Below are positions 19,470-28,190 of a stretch of 64,000 nucleotides of DNA, one piece after another; the first letter of the stretch is position 1, and each line of letters starts with the position of its first letter. The notes beneath the pieces are model-generated. The model was not told the DNA's origin, did not search any database, and was given only the letters and a program-made list of their open reading frames with translations. A program made the position numbers and the translations under genes. This stretch comes from an uncultured Christensenellaceae bacterium (GTDB lineage: Bacteria > Bacillota > Clostridia > Christensenellales > UBA3700), in contig CALWRI010000009.1 of assembly GCA_944383905.1 (NCBI GenBank), forward strand, positions 1,339-65,338. The letters are read 5' to 3'.

Positions 19470-21233
19470 ATGAGCGAAGCAGCTGAAAAAAGTCTGAAGA
19501 AAACTTCTCCCAAAAAGAAAAAGATCGTTGCGGGGTCGGTTGTCGCCGTCATTGCGGTCGTCGTCATCGTTGCGGTGATCCTTTTCGTCGCGCTGGGTGA
19601 CAAGCTCCTGTCTCATACGGAAGAACTCAACGTCGGTTTTTCCAAGGACGAGGTGCTCGCGGTCATGGGCGAGCCTTATGCGGGCAAGGATACCGACACA
19701 TGGGAGTATTACAGCAAGAATTATAAAGAGGGCGACGAAGAATTCGAATATGTCTGCATAGTTTTCGACGGCAACGACAAGGCGGTGCAGATATCCTACA
19801 ACGCAAAAGGAAAGGATACGAACAAGGAGCTCAACTCGGTCACTCTCAACGCTTTCAAAAACAGCGGAGATAAAAATCAAGCCGTCACGACCCTTTACGT
19901 CAGCATACCCACTCCCGCGGATAACCCCGACGCGTGGGAAGCCAACGAATACGATCTCGTCTATACGACCGATTACAAAGACGGCAGTTTCAGCAAGGTT
20001 CTCGTAAAAGAAGCATTTTCTTCCGAAAGCACCGAAACGATCGTTCTGACATGGAACGACGGCTTCGGGATCGGCAGCCAGGCGAAGGTCAGGTTTGAAT
20101 ATCCCAAAACCGTGACCTACGTTCTCAACGGCGGCATAAACGACAGCTCCAATATCGAAGGCTTTACCGACGAGTATCTCGAGAGTCTCGAAAACGGCTT
20201 TGAGCTCAAGGCTCCCGCGATCAACGCCTGCGAGTTCGCGGATGTCAAGGCAAATGCGGACGGCAGCATCAGCTGCGTCGTGATAGAAAAGGGTTTCGAG
20301 GGTTGGTATACCGACTCTTCGTTCAAAAACAAGGTCACGAGCATAAAAGCGGGATCGGGCAACGTCACGCTCTACGCTAAATGGGGCGCGGAGATAAACA
20401 GAACGACTTACACCGACGAAGAATACGTCCGCGGCGCGGACACCGTGCTCTTCGGCGTATATCCGCAGTCTCTCAAAGCGGACAACGTGACGATTTCGGG
20501 CGGAGCGGACGCAAACGGATATTATACCGGATCGGACGGCAATCTTTACGTCAAGGTCACCGCAACTCCGCAGGACAGCGACTATAAATTCAAGAACGGC
20601 ACCAAGATCTCCAAAGGAAACAGTTACTACTTCATGCTCGAGCCCGTCGAATGGCGCGTGCTCGGCACCGACGGCGACAATGCGATTTTGCTTGCGGACA
20701 AGATCCTCGCGGGGCACAGCTATGACAAGGACGGCGTCAAGTGGAAGGACAGCGACGTCAGAGAGTGGCTCAATTCCGATTTCATGAACGATATGTTCAA
20801 TTCCGCTCAACAGGCGCTCATAGTCAATACGCAGGTCAGCAACGACCTCGCTTCCGCTCCCGTAGATACCAGCGGTAAAAACGGCAATATCGACGATAAC
20901 GACAACGTAACCGAGGATATGGTCTGGCTGCTCAGCTATGCCGAAGTTCAGAACGAGGCTTACGGCTTTGTCGGAGAGCTTGCGATGGGCGACAGCGTCG
21001 ATGACGGCATCGATCCGTTGCGCGCAAAGACTGTTACCGATTACGCTCGCGCGACCGGAGCGTTCATGAAGACCGAAAAGAAGAATTACGGCAACGGTTG
21101 CTGGTGGTTGCGCTCTCCCTATTACGACAGCGCAAAGGTCATGGACGTGCGCAGCGACGGTTACGTCGACGTCTATGACGAAGGCACTTTCGTCAGCGGA
21201 ATAGTTCCCGCGGTAACGCTCAATCTCGGTTGA
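19470..21233 (+). CDS. Membrane-anchored surface protein with an InlB B-repeat and a C-terminal DUF6273-like domain
   Basis: N-terminal TM helix; VTYVLNGG...FEGWY...VTLYAKW repeat; PVEWRVL...LLADKIL, WKDSDVREWLNSDF, WWLRSP, GIVPAVTLNL. Confidence 0.7.
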   Translation: MSEAAEKSLKKTSPKKKKIVAGSVVAVIAVVVIVAVILFVALGDKLLSHTEELNVGFSKDEVLAVMGEPYAGKDTDTWEYYSKNYKEGDEEFEYVCIVFDGNDKAVQISYNAKGKDTNKELNSVTLNAFKNSGDKNQAVTTLYVSIPTPADNPDAWEANEYDLVYTTDYKDGSFSKVLVKEAFSSESTETIVLTWNDGFGIGSQAKVRFEYPKTVTYVLNGGINDSSNIEGFTDEYLESLENGFELKAPAINACEFADVKANADGSISCVVIEKGFEGWYTDSSFKNKVTSIKAGSGNVTLYAKWGAEINRTTYTDEEYVRGADTVLFGVYPQSLKADNVTISGGADANGYYTGSDGNLYVKVTATPQDSDYKFKNGTKISKGNSYYFMLEPVEWRVLGTDGDNAILLADKILAGHSYDKDGVKWKDSDVREWLNSDFMNDMFNSAQQALIVNTQVSNDLASAPVDTSGKNGNIDDNDNVTEDMVWLLSYAEVQNEAYGFVGELAMGDSVDDGIDPLRAKTVTDYARATGAFMKTEKKNYGNGCWWLRSPYYDSAKVMDVRSDGYVDVYDEGTFVSGIVPAVTLNLG

Positions 21234-21253
21234 CGCAAAACGAAAAAAGAAAC

Positions 21254-21281
21254 AAAAGAAGGGCGCTTGCCCTTCTTTTTT
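21254..21281 (+). terminator. Intrinsic terminator
   Basis: AAAAGAAGGGC/GCCCTTCTTTT stem-loop. Confidence 0.7.
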
Positions 21282-21428
21282 ATAGAAAAAAACATAAAAA
21301 TATTCCGTTGAACAAAAGAGAACGGAAATCGCAACATACAAAAAAACTGTCTGATAATCGCGGATTTATTGACGGAAAACAATAAGTTATGTTAAAATAA
21401 ATTAAAACAAGGAGAGGAGTTTTGTCAG

Positions 21429-21761
21429 ATGAAAAAAGCCAACGCATTGCTTTTGTTTTTTGTGATCCTGGCGTCTGCATTGTGCGTTTTGTGCGCTTGC
21501 GACAAGGACGACGCCTGCGAGCATTCCTTCGGAGAGTGGCAGGTCACGCAGCAGGCAACCTGCACGCAGGACGGAGAAGAAGAGAGGAAATGTTCTTTGT
21601 GCGGATATGTCGTCAGCAAGGCGCCCGGGCACGAGTACGGAGAGACGGGATGCGTGCGTTGCAATGTGAGTTTCGCGGGATATCTCACATACGAACTCAC
21701 CGATGACGGCGCGGGATACCGCATTTCACGTCTTTTGTTCAGGCGCGTTTTCGCCGCGTGA
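21429..21761 (+). pseudogene. Truncated surface lipoprotein (N-terminus of an LRR-type lipoprotein)
   Basis: Lipobox LCAC, Cys/His module CEHSFGEW...ATCTQDG...CSLCG, then LTYELTDDGAGYRIS (compare LTYTLNQAGTGYIVSG preceding the LRRs of the 509 gene), after which it runs into the antisense of the convergent gene. Confidence 0.6.
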
Positions 21762-22826
21762 TTCCGCGAGCTTTTTTTCGTACCACGCGAGATTGGCTTC
21801 GGCAACCGGATCGTGAGGTTTGAACGAGAGCGCCCGTTTTGTAAACGAGATCGCCTGCTTCAGATCTCCTTTTTTGTAATGACACAACCCCGTCTGAACG
21901 AGAGGATAGTAGTTGTAACAATACACGTCCACAAACGCGAGCGTGTTTTCGGGGACGGGACGCATTGCGGCGTTGTACCAAAAAATTGCCGCGTCCGTGT
22001 TTGTTAAAGCCAAATATATGTTGCCGAGCGCGACGCAGGTCTCCGCTGTGGGTTCTCCGTATGACAGCGCGCGGAGCAGCGCGCGGAGCGCGGCGTCAAA
22101 GTCGTTTTCGGCAGAGTAGATCCTCGACAGGTTTATCGCCGCCTGGATCTTGTTTTCCTTCATTCCGTCCGAGTCGAGGAAGTCCGCGTACGCCGCTTTC
22201 GCGAGAGAGGGCAGATTGTTTGAATACAGCTCGTTTGCAAAATAGAATTTCTGCCTCGGCGACAGATCTTTCCCCGACGACAGCAAGGACAGATAAATAT
22301 CCAGATTGCGGCGTGCGGGCGACGGTCTCGTCTTTTTGTGTCTGACCGTCACGTCCGCGAAACGTCGCGATCCGGCGGCGTAAAAGACCTCATGCACGGG
22401 GTCTGTCCAGCATGCGCCGAGAGAGCGGCGGAACACGCGTTCGCGCCAATATTCAAAGGTGGGTCTGCCGTCATCCGAGAAGGCAGTCGCGTATTTCATA
22501 TACCATATATCCGCTTCGTCGAGGCGGGGTTTGAGGGCGATCAGTTTCTGCACGTTATCGCCGTCCAACACGTCGTCGCAGTCGAGCCACATGACGTAAT
22601 CGCAGGTCGTATTTGAAAACGAAAAATTGCGGGCCTCGGAAAAATCGTCGCGCCACGGAAAGGAGAATACTTTTGCTCCGAGAGATCTTGCGATCTTGAC
22701 CGTCTTGTCGCCGCTTCCCGTATCCGCGACGACGATCTCGTCGGCAAAGCGCGCCGCGCACGAGAGCGCCCGCCCGATAACGTCTTCTTCGTCTTTTGCG
22801 ATCATCGAAACGCTCAAAGTAGCCAT
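21726..22826 (-). CDS. Glycosyltransferase family 2 with C-terminal TPR-like repeats
   Basis: SMIAKDEE...DEIVVADTGSGDKT, WRDDFSEARN, WLDCDD, VHE; helical TPR-like C-terminus. Confidence 0.9.
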   Translation of the reverse strand: MATLSVSMIAKDEEDVIGRALSCAARFADEIVVADTGSGDKTVKIARSLGAKVFSFPWRDDFSEARNFSFSNTTCDYVMWLDCDDVLDGDNVQKLIALKPRLDEADIWYMKYATAFSDDGRPTFEYWRERVFRRSLGACWTDPVHEVFYAAGSRRFADVTVRHKKTRPSPARRNLDIYLSLLSSGKDLSPRQKFYFANELYSNNLPSLAKAAYADFLDSDGMKENKIQAAINLSRIYSAENDFDAALRALLRALSYGEPTAETCVALGNIYLALTNTDAAIFWYNAAMRPVPENTLAFVDVYCYNYYPLVQTGLCHYKKGDLKQAISFTKRALSFKPHDPVAEANLAWYEKKLAESRGENAPEQKT

Positions 22827-22877
22827 GCTTCATTATATGTCGCAGCTTTGTCAGCGCGTTACGACAGAGCGTGAAAA

Positions 22878-22904
22878 AAAGCCGGGGAATACGCCCCCGG
22901 CTTT
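22878..22904 (-). terminator. Intrinsic terminator after the MATE gene
   Basis: AAAGCCGGGG/CCCCGGCTTT stem; the A-run reads as a T-run on the minus strand. Confidence 0.65.
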
Positions 22905-22929
22905 ATTTCCGACTTATCCGCTTATCGGG

Positions 22930-24315
22930 TTACGCCGAGACTGCGAACTTGCTTTTTTGCCACTTTTTGGACAGGTAGAATCCGACTGCTAACGCCGTGC
23001 CTATGACCCAGCCAATCGGCCACGCGATGCATATTCCCGTAAACCCGAGCGAGGGCGCGAGGATATAGCAGAGCGCGACGCGCAGTATCAGATCGACAAA
23101 CGTGGAGATCATGAACTGGACGAGTTTGCCCGCGCCCTTTATAACTCCGTCTGCGGTTGTCTTGACGGCGATGAACATATAAAAAGGGCAGGTTATCCAG
23201 AGGAATTTTGCACCCGTAGCGATGACTTCGGCGCTCGATACCGCGGAAGCCGAGTCCTGCGTGTTGATGAAAAATCCCGTCAGATGTTTTGCGAATACGG
23301 CGACGAGGACGATTATCGTCAGCGCAAAGGAGCATAGGAGCAGAGTAGCCGAGCGCATACCCTGCTTGACGCGTTTGAGGTCTCCCGCGCCCATATTCTG
23401 CGCAGTGAACGCCGCGACCGCGTTTGCCATAGTTACGAGGCAGGCGATACAAAATGTGTTTATCTTCATTGCCGCCGTGTACGCCGCGATTGTCTGTTCG
23501 CCGAATCCGTTTATCAGACCCTGCACGAAGAGCTGTCCGACGGACACGAAGGATTGCTGGCACACGCCGGGTATGGAAATTGCGAGTACGGAACGGAGAA
23601 GCCTGAAATTGAAAGTGCGCTTTGCATAAGAGAGCGGGGGCGTCCCTTCTTCTTCGCCGTCAGGGAGCTTTTTCATTTTAACTATCACGAGAACGAACGC
23701 TATTACGCCCGCGACAGCCTGCGCGATCAGAGTCGCGTATGCAAGTCCCTGCACGCCGAGAGGCTTTGCCATCACGACGTCGAGTATTACGTTGCCCACG
23801 GACGAGCAGATGAGGAGAATGAGGGGGGTAATGCTGTCGCCCATGCCGGTGAACACCGCGTTGCAGGCGTTGTAGATAAAGACGAATATCAGTCCGAGCG
23901 TGTATATCCGAAGGTATGCGGAGCTGTCGGCTTCGATCGACGAAGGGGTCTGAAGCAGTTTTACGAGCGGGGTCGAAATGAATACGCCGACGACTGTCAG
24001 CACAGCGGAAAGCACGAACATAAATACGAGAGAGGTGCATGCCGCCGTCTTTACGGAACGGTATTTGCGTTGACCGAAAAGGTTGGCGACGACGACGCTT
24101 ATACCGCCGCTGCAACCGACGGCGATCGCGACGTATATCATGGTGACGGGAGTGGAAACTCCGATCGCCGCAAGCGCGTTGTTTGAGATCATCTTGCCCG
24201 CGATAATGCTGTCCGCCATATTGTAGAGCTGTTGGAATACCATTGACAGCAAAAGCGGAAGACTGAACATCAGTATGACTTTTGAAGGTTTGCCTTGAGT
24301 GAGATCTTTTACCAT
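22930..24315 (-). CDS. MATE family efflux transporter
   Basis: Start moved to ATG24315 (MVKDLTQGKP). QQLYNMADSIIAG, GMGDSITPL, AQNMGAG; about 12 TM helices. Confidence 0.9.
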   Translation of the reverse strand: MVKDLTQGKPSKVILMFSLPLLLSMVFQQLYNMADSIIAGKMISNNALAAIGVSTPVTMIYVAIAVGCSGGISVVVANLFGQRKYRSVKTAACTSLVFMFVLSAVLTVVGVFISTPLVKLLQTPSSIEADSSAYLRIYTLGLIFVFIYNACNAVFTGMGDSITPLILLICSSVGNVILDVVMAKPLGVQGLAYATLIAQAVAGVIAFVLVIVKMKKLPDGEEEGTPPLSYAKRTFNFRLLRSVLAISIPGVCQQSFVSVGQLFVQGLINGFGEQTIAAYTAAMKINTFCIACLVTMANAVAAFTAQNMGAGDLKRVKQGMRSATLLLCSFALTIIVLVAVFAKHLTGFFINTQDSASAVSSAEVIATGAKFLWITCPFYMFIAVKTTADGVIKGAGKLVQFMISTFVDLILRVALCYILAPSLGFTGICIAWPIGWVIGTALAVGFYLSKKWQKSKFAVSA

Positions 24316-24483
24316 ACCGAAAACACTCCTTGAATAATTCGCATATATTTTACGCTTGAAAAACGGATATGTAAAGGAGTTTTGCGCCACAAAAGAGTAA
24401 AATCTCAAAAAAATAAGGCAGCCGCGCGTGGGTCTGCGAGAGGAGAAAACGGACGTTTTGTCGCGGGAAAATCATGAGAAAAA

Positions 24484-25347
24484 TCAGATCGGCGCGGGAA
24501 ACCCGCTTTCGCATATCACGGTTTTGCCCGTTGTCGGGTGCGGAAAGACGAGACGGGAACAGTGCAGCATAAGTCTCGGTGCTTCGTCCTTTGCGTTGTA
24601 AAGCGCGTCGCCCGCTATCGGGTGCCCCATGTACGCCGCGTGCACGCGGATCTGATGTGTTCTTCCCGTCAACAGAATGAATTCGGCAAGCGAGTCTTCG
24701 CCAACCGTAGCAAGCCGTCTGAAAAGGGTGATTGCGGGTTTGCCTCCTTCCGATACCTCGCGGTGCACGCCGTCCGCGGAGAGGGCGATCGGCGCGTCTA
24801 TCCGTCCGCTTTCGGGGATAAGACCTCTGACGAGAGCGGTATATATCTTTTCTATGCCGCCTGAGAGTTGCAGCTCGTGCATACGCCATGCGGTCAGCGC
24901 GTTTCTCGCGACGGCGACGAGTCCCGACGTATCCTTGTCCAGTCTTCCGACAGGGCGGTAGACGAATTCTCCCCACTCCGTGCCGAGTATGCTCGCAAGA
25001 CTGTCTTTGTAATGCGACTTTATCGGCACCGTCGCTATTCCCGAAGGCTTGACGACGACGGCGACGTCGTCGTCAATATACGAAAATTCGGGTTTGAGAG
25101 CGCTTGCGGGATAGAGAACCGGGCAGACGGGGAGAGAAAGGTTTATCTCGTCGCCTTTGCGCACCCGAGCCGTCGCGAAAACGGCTTTTTCGCAGCCGTT
25201 TTCCGTCACGCGGATAAGTCCGAGCTCCTTTCTCATCTGCGATATCATCGTCCTTGAGAACCCCTCCGCGCGCAGGACGTCGTCGACCTTGCCGTCGAAA
25301 GTTGCTCTGACGGTATACTTTTCTACCATTCGAGTCCCTCTTGCCAC
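24484..25347 (-). CDS. RluA family pseudouridine synthase
   Basis: VVVKPSG, GRLDKDTSGL, TGRTHQIRVH, HPIAGDALY, LMLH; start at GTG25347 or ATG25329. Confidence 0.9.
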   Translation of the reverse strand: MARGTRMVEKYTVRATFDGKVDDVLRAEGFSRTMISQMRKELGLIRVTENGCEKAVFATARVRKGDEINLSLPVCPVLYPASALKPEFSYIDDDVAVVVKPSGIATVPIKSHYKDSLASILGTEWGEFVYRPVGRLDKDTSGLVAVARNALTAWRMHELQLSGGIEKIYTALVRGLIPESGRIDAPIALSADGVHREVSEGGKPAITLFRRLATVGEDSLAEFILLTGRTHQIRVHAAYMGHPIAGDALYNAKDEAPRLMLHCSRLVFPHPTTGKTVICESGFPAPI

Positions 25348-25640
25348 TGATATTTTTTCAGATCCACGATGTGGTTTTCGTCGCAGAAAACGCCTTCTTC
25401 GGCGAGAAGAGCCGCCTGCGCCTCGATGCCGCCGAAAGCGAAGGCGCGAGCGAGCGAGCCGTAGCGGTTGACCACTCTGTGGCAGGGTATTATTATCGGG
25501 GTCGGGTTGTCGTGCAGCGCATAGCCGACCGCGCGGGACGCGCGCGGAGAACTGAGGATCCTCGCTATCTGACCGTAAGTCGCCACTTTTCCGCGGGGGA
25601 TCGCCTTCACCACCTGATAAACGTCGTCGTAAAAACTCAT
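25323..25640 (-). CDS. MGMT-family O6-alkylguanine repair protein (C-terminal domain only)
   Basis: Start moved to ATG25640 (MSFYDDVY). IPRGKVATYGQIA, RAVGYAL, PCHRVV, QAALLAEEG. Confidence 0.9.
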   Translation of the reverse strand: MSFYDDVYQVVKAIPRGKVATYGQIARILSSPRASRAVGYALHDNPTPIIIPCHRVVNRYGSLARAFAFGGIEAQAALLAEEGVFCDENHIVDLKKYQWQEGLEW

Positions 25641-25904
25641 AGTCCGCTCCTTTTTCAATATTATAGCAGACGCGCGCGCGCGGCGCAACGCCGTCGGAAG
25701 AAGTGTGCGTTTTGATTGGAAATTTATTCCGACGTTGGCGCGGTAAGGCGCTTTTTTGCAGGAGGTTTAGGGCAGAACGTTATCGGACAAGCTCTTTGCG
25801 GCGGTCGGAGCGCAGGGTTTCGCCATTTTCTCCCGCATATTATTGCGCGGACGGTTTTGCTTATGATAAAATTTTTAAGGACGATAAAATTTTACATTCG
25901 TCCG

Positions 25905-25936
25905 CCAATAAACATAACGAAACGATTGTTTAATAT
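25905..25936 (+). promoter_or_regulatory. Putative ECF-dependent promoter, copy 1
   Basis: CCAATAAAC-12 bp-TTGTTTAATAT directly upstream of the ECF gene; identical motif and spacing at 28129. Confidence 0.75.
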
Positions 25937-25954
25937 TTGAACAGGGAGAGGGAT

Positions 25955-26470
25955 TTGGATAAAAAAGAATTAGACTTGTGCCTGCAGGAGGTCGCAAGGG
26001 GAGACAACGCCGCTTTCGAAAAACTGTACGCAGAGACGAGAAAAGGAATATTCGCTTTTCTTTACGGGTTTTGCGGCAACTACCATACGGCGGAGGATCT
26101 GACGCAGACGGTATACCTGAAGGTCAAGGCGAACGTAAGCAAATACAAAGCGGGAACGGACGCGAGAGCGTGGCTGTTTCAGATCGCGAAAAACACGGCG
26201 CTCAACGAGATAAAAAAGAACAAGCGCGAAGTGATCGCGACAGACGACAACGGCGCGTTTGCGGGGTCGTACGAAATGCAGGATTCGCCGGTATTCGACG
26301 CGATAAACACCGTGCTCGACGAAAAGGAGAGACAGATAGTGATAATGCATATTTTGTGGGGCTTCAAGCACCGTGAAATTGCCGATATGTTATCCCTCGC
26401 GCTGGGAACCGTACTTTGGAAATACAATGCAGCGATAAAAAAACTGCAAAATAAATTGAGGGAGGGCTGA
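25955..26470 (+). CDS. ECF RNA polymerase sigma factor
   Basis: Probable start TTG25955 after RBS GGGAG (ORF open from 25937). AEDLTQTVYLKV, WLFQIAKNTALN, GFKHREIADMLSLALGTVLWKY. Confidence 0.9.
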   Translation: MDKKELDLCLQEVARGDNAAFEKLYAETRKGIFAFLYGFCGNYHTAEDLTQTVYLKVKANVSKYKAGTDARAWLFQIAKNTALNEIKKNKREVIATDDNGAFAGSYEMQDSPVFDAINTVLDEKERQIVIMHILWGFKHREIADMLSLALGTVLWKYNAAIKKLQNKLREG

Positions 26471-26473
26471 GCT

Positions 26474-27868
26474 ATGGACGAGAAAGAACTCAAACGACTG
26501 CTTGAAAAAGAGCTTGACAGTATTGCGCCTCCTATGTCCGAAAAGGTAAAGAAAGCGAAGATACTCACAGAGCCCGAACAGGCAGAGAAGAGTACGCAAA
26601 AGATAGATATAAGACCGACTGCGAGAAAGAACAGAGGGTTCGTTTTCGGCGCGATAGCGGCAGTGCTCGTGATAGCGATAGCGCTGTCGGTGATCCTTCC
26701 CGCCGCGCTCGGCGGAGGCGAAGAGCCGGTATTTGCGGCAGGTTATCTGCGAATGGATATCAATCCTTCGGTGGAATTCGTTTACGGCGAAGACATGAAG
26801 GTGATAGCTGTCAAGAGCGCGAATTCGGACGCCGACCTGCTCGTGACCGACGAGGTCAGAAAAAATGTCGTCGGCAAAGACGTCAACGAAGCGGCGGCAA
26901 TCGTCGCGGAAGAAGCGGGAAGACTCGGGTATATCGAACCGGACAAAGATAATGCCGTCAAGATAACCGTTGTCGGGAAGAACGACGACGACGTGTTGAA
27001 GCAGACGACGGTCGCCATAGAAAGCAACTTTATGCAAAAAGGCGTGCTTTGCGCGGTAGTGGCGGTCAAGGAGAGCACCGACTATCTCGCGGGACTTTAC
27101 GGCACGGCGGCGGACGATCTCAAAGGCGCGCTCGACAACGTCTGCGACAAGGCGGACGGATATTTCGAGCAACTCGCAAAGGAAAATACGGACAGCCTCG
27201 AAGAACTGCGCGCTTATTACGAAACCGAAGTGTTCGAATATCTGCGCGGTCTCCTCGAAGCGGAATGCGCAAAGATAACCAAGACCAGGACCCTTCTGCA
27301 CGAAGCGCAGAACGTAAACGACGCAATAAAGGATTACACCTTTGACAAGACGTTGCTCGTAAAGGATTACTGGGCGGTCGTCGAGACGGGAGACTGGCAG
27401 GAAGACGAACAGCTTGCTGCGCTGTGCAAAGAGATGAAGGAACTCCTTGACAAAGCGGCGGCGCTGCGCGACGACAAAGTCGACAATTCCGCGGAACTTG
27501 ATTTCCTCGTGTTCACATACGACGCGCTGATAGACGAAGAATGGATAAAAGACATCGGCAACGCGACGATAGACGAGCTCAAAAACAGCATGGACGTCAT
27601 CATCGACGCGCTCGAGGAAATCAATATCACGATAACGCAGGGCATAAGGGACGCGATCGCGAGCGTACCCGACAACGTCGGAGAATTCCTCGAAGGCACG
27701 CAAGCGGTCATCGACGGAATGAGAGAATCTCTCCGGGACGTATATTCCGATCTTTACGACGAGGAGAGAGAGGCTTTGTCGAGAGATGATTATGACGATT
27801 TCTATCTGCGCATAACTTCGGAATACGGTTCTCTCGAAGCGTATTGGGATTTTTGCAGACAGAACTGA
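26474..27868 (+). CDS. RsgI-like anti-sigma factor
   Basis: Short cytoplasmic N-terminus, TM helix GFVFGAIAAVLVIAIALSVILP, then YLRMDINPSVEF...N-DA (RsgI extracellular module) and an acidic helical C-domain. Confidence 0.8.
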   Translation: MDEKELKRLLEKELDSIAPPMSEKVKKAKILTEPEQAEKSTQKIDIRPTARKNRGFVFGAIAAVLVIAIALSVILPAALGGGEEPVFAAGYLRMDINPSVEFVYGEDMKVIAVKSANSDADLLVTDEVRKNVVGKDVNEAAAIVAEEAGRLGYIEPDKDNAVKITVVGKNDDDVLKQTTVAIESNFMQKGVLCAVVAVKESTDYLAGLYGTAADDLKGALDNVCDKADGYFEQLAKENTDSLEELRAYYETEVFEYLRGLLEAECAKITKTRTLLHEAQNVNDAIKDYTFDKTLLVKDYWAVVETGDWQEDEQLAALCKEMKELLDKAAALRDDKVDNSAELDFLVFTYDALIDEEWIKDIGNATIDELKNSMDVIIDALEEINITITQGIRDAIASVPDNVGEFLEGTQAVIDGMRESLRDVYSDLYDEEREALSRDDYDDFYLRITSEYGSLEAYWDFCRQN

Positions 27869-27946
27869 CGACGTCCTCGCAAGCAAAACGAACCGACAAA
27901 TCCATTAAGTGCTTTCAAAGCATGACATAAATATCCCCCTTATCTG

Positions 27947-27979
27947 AAAAAGGCGACCGCAGAGAGCGGTCGTCTTTTT
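27947..27979 (+). terminator. Intrinsic terminator
   Basis: AGGCGACCGC/GCGGTCGTCT stem plus T-run. Confidence 0.7.
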
Positions 27980-28128
27980 ACATCCGGAGAGGGCGGCAGA
28001 CCGCATTTCTCAAAGAAAAGCTGTAGTCGGCGGAGCGTTTCGGGAGGATAAGGGAAGAAAAGTCGGCTGTTTGTATATTGTTATACGGAAAAATATTTAT
28101 ACAAAAAATAAAAAAATTTTTCGCAAAT

Positions 28129-28160
28129 CCAATAAACGTCCCGTTTACGTTGTTTAATAT
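28129..28160 (+). promoter_or_regulatory. Putative ECF-dependent promoter, copy 2
   Basis: CCAATAAAC-12 bp-TTGTTTAATAT, same as 25905-25936. Confidence 0.75.
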
Positions 28161-28190
28161 ATGAACGAAATCCAAAAGGAGGATGTCAGT

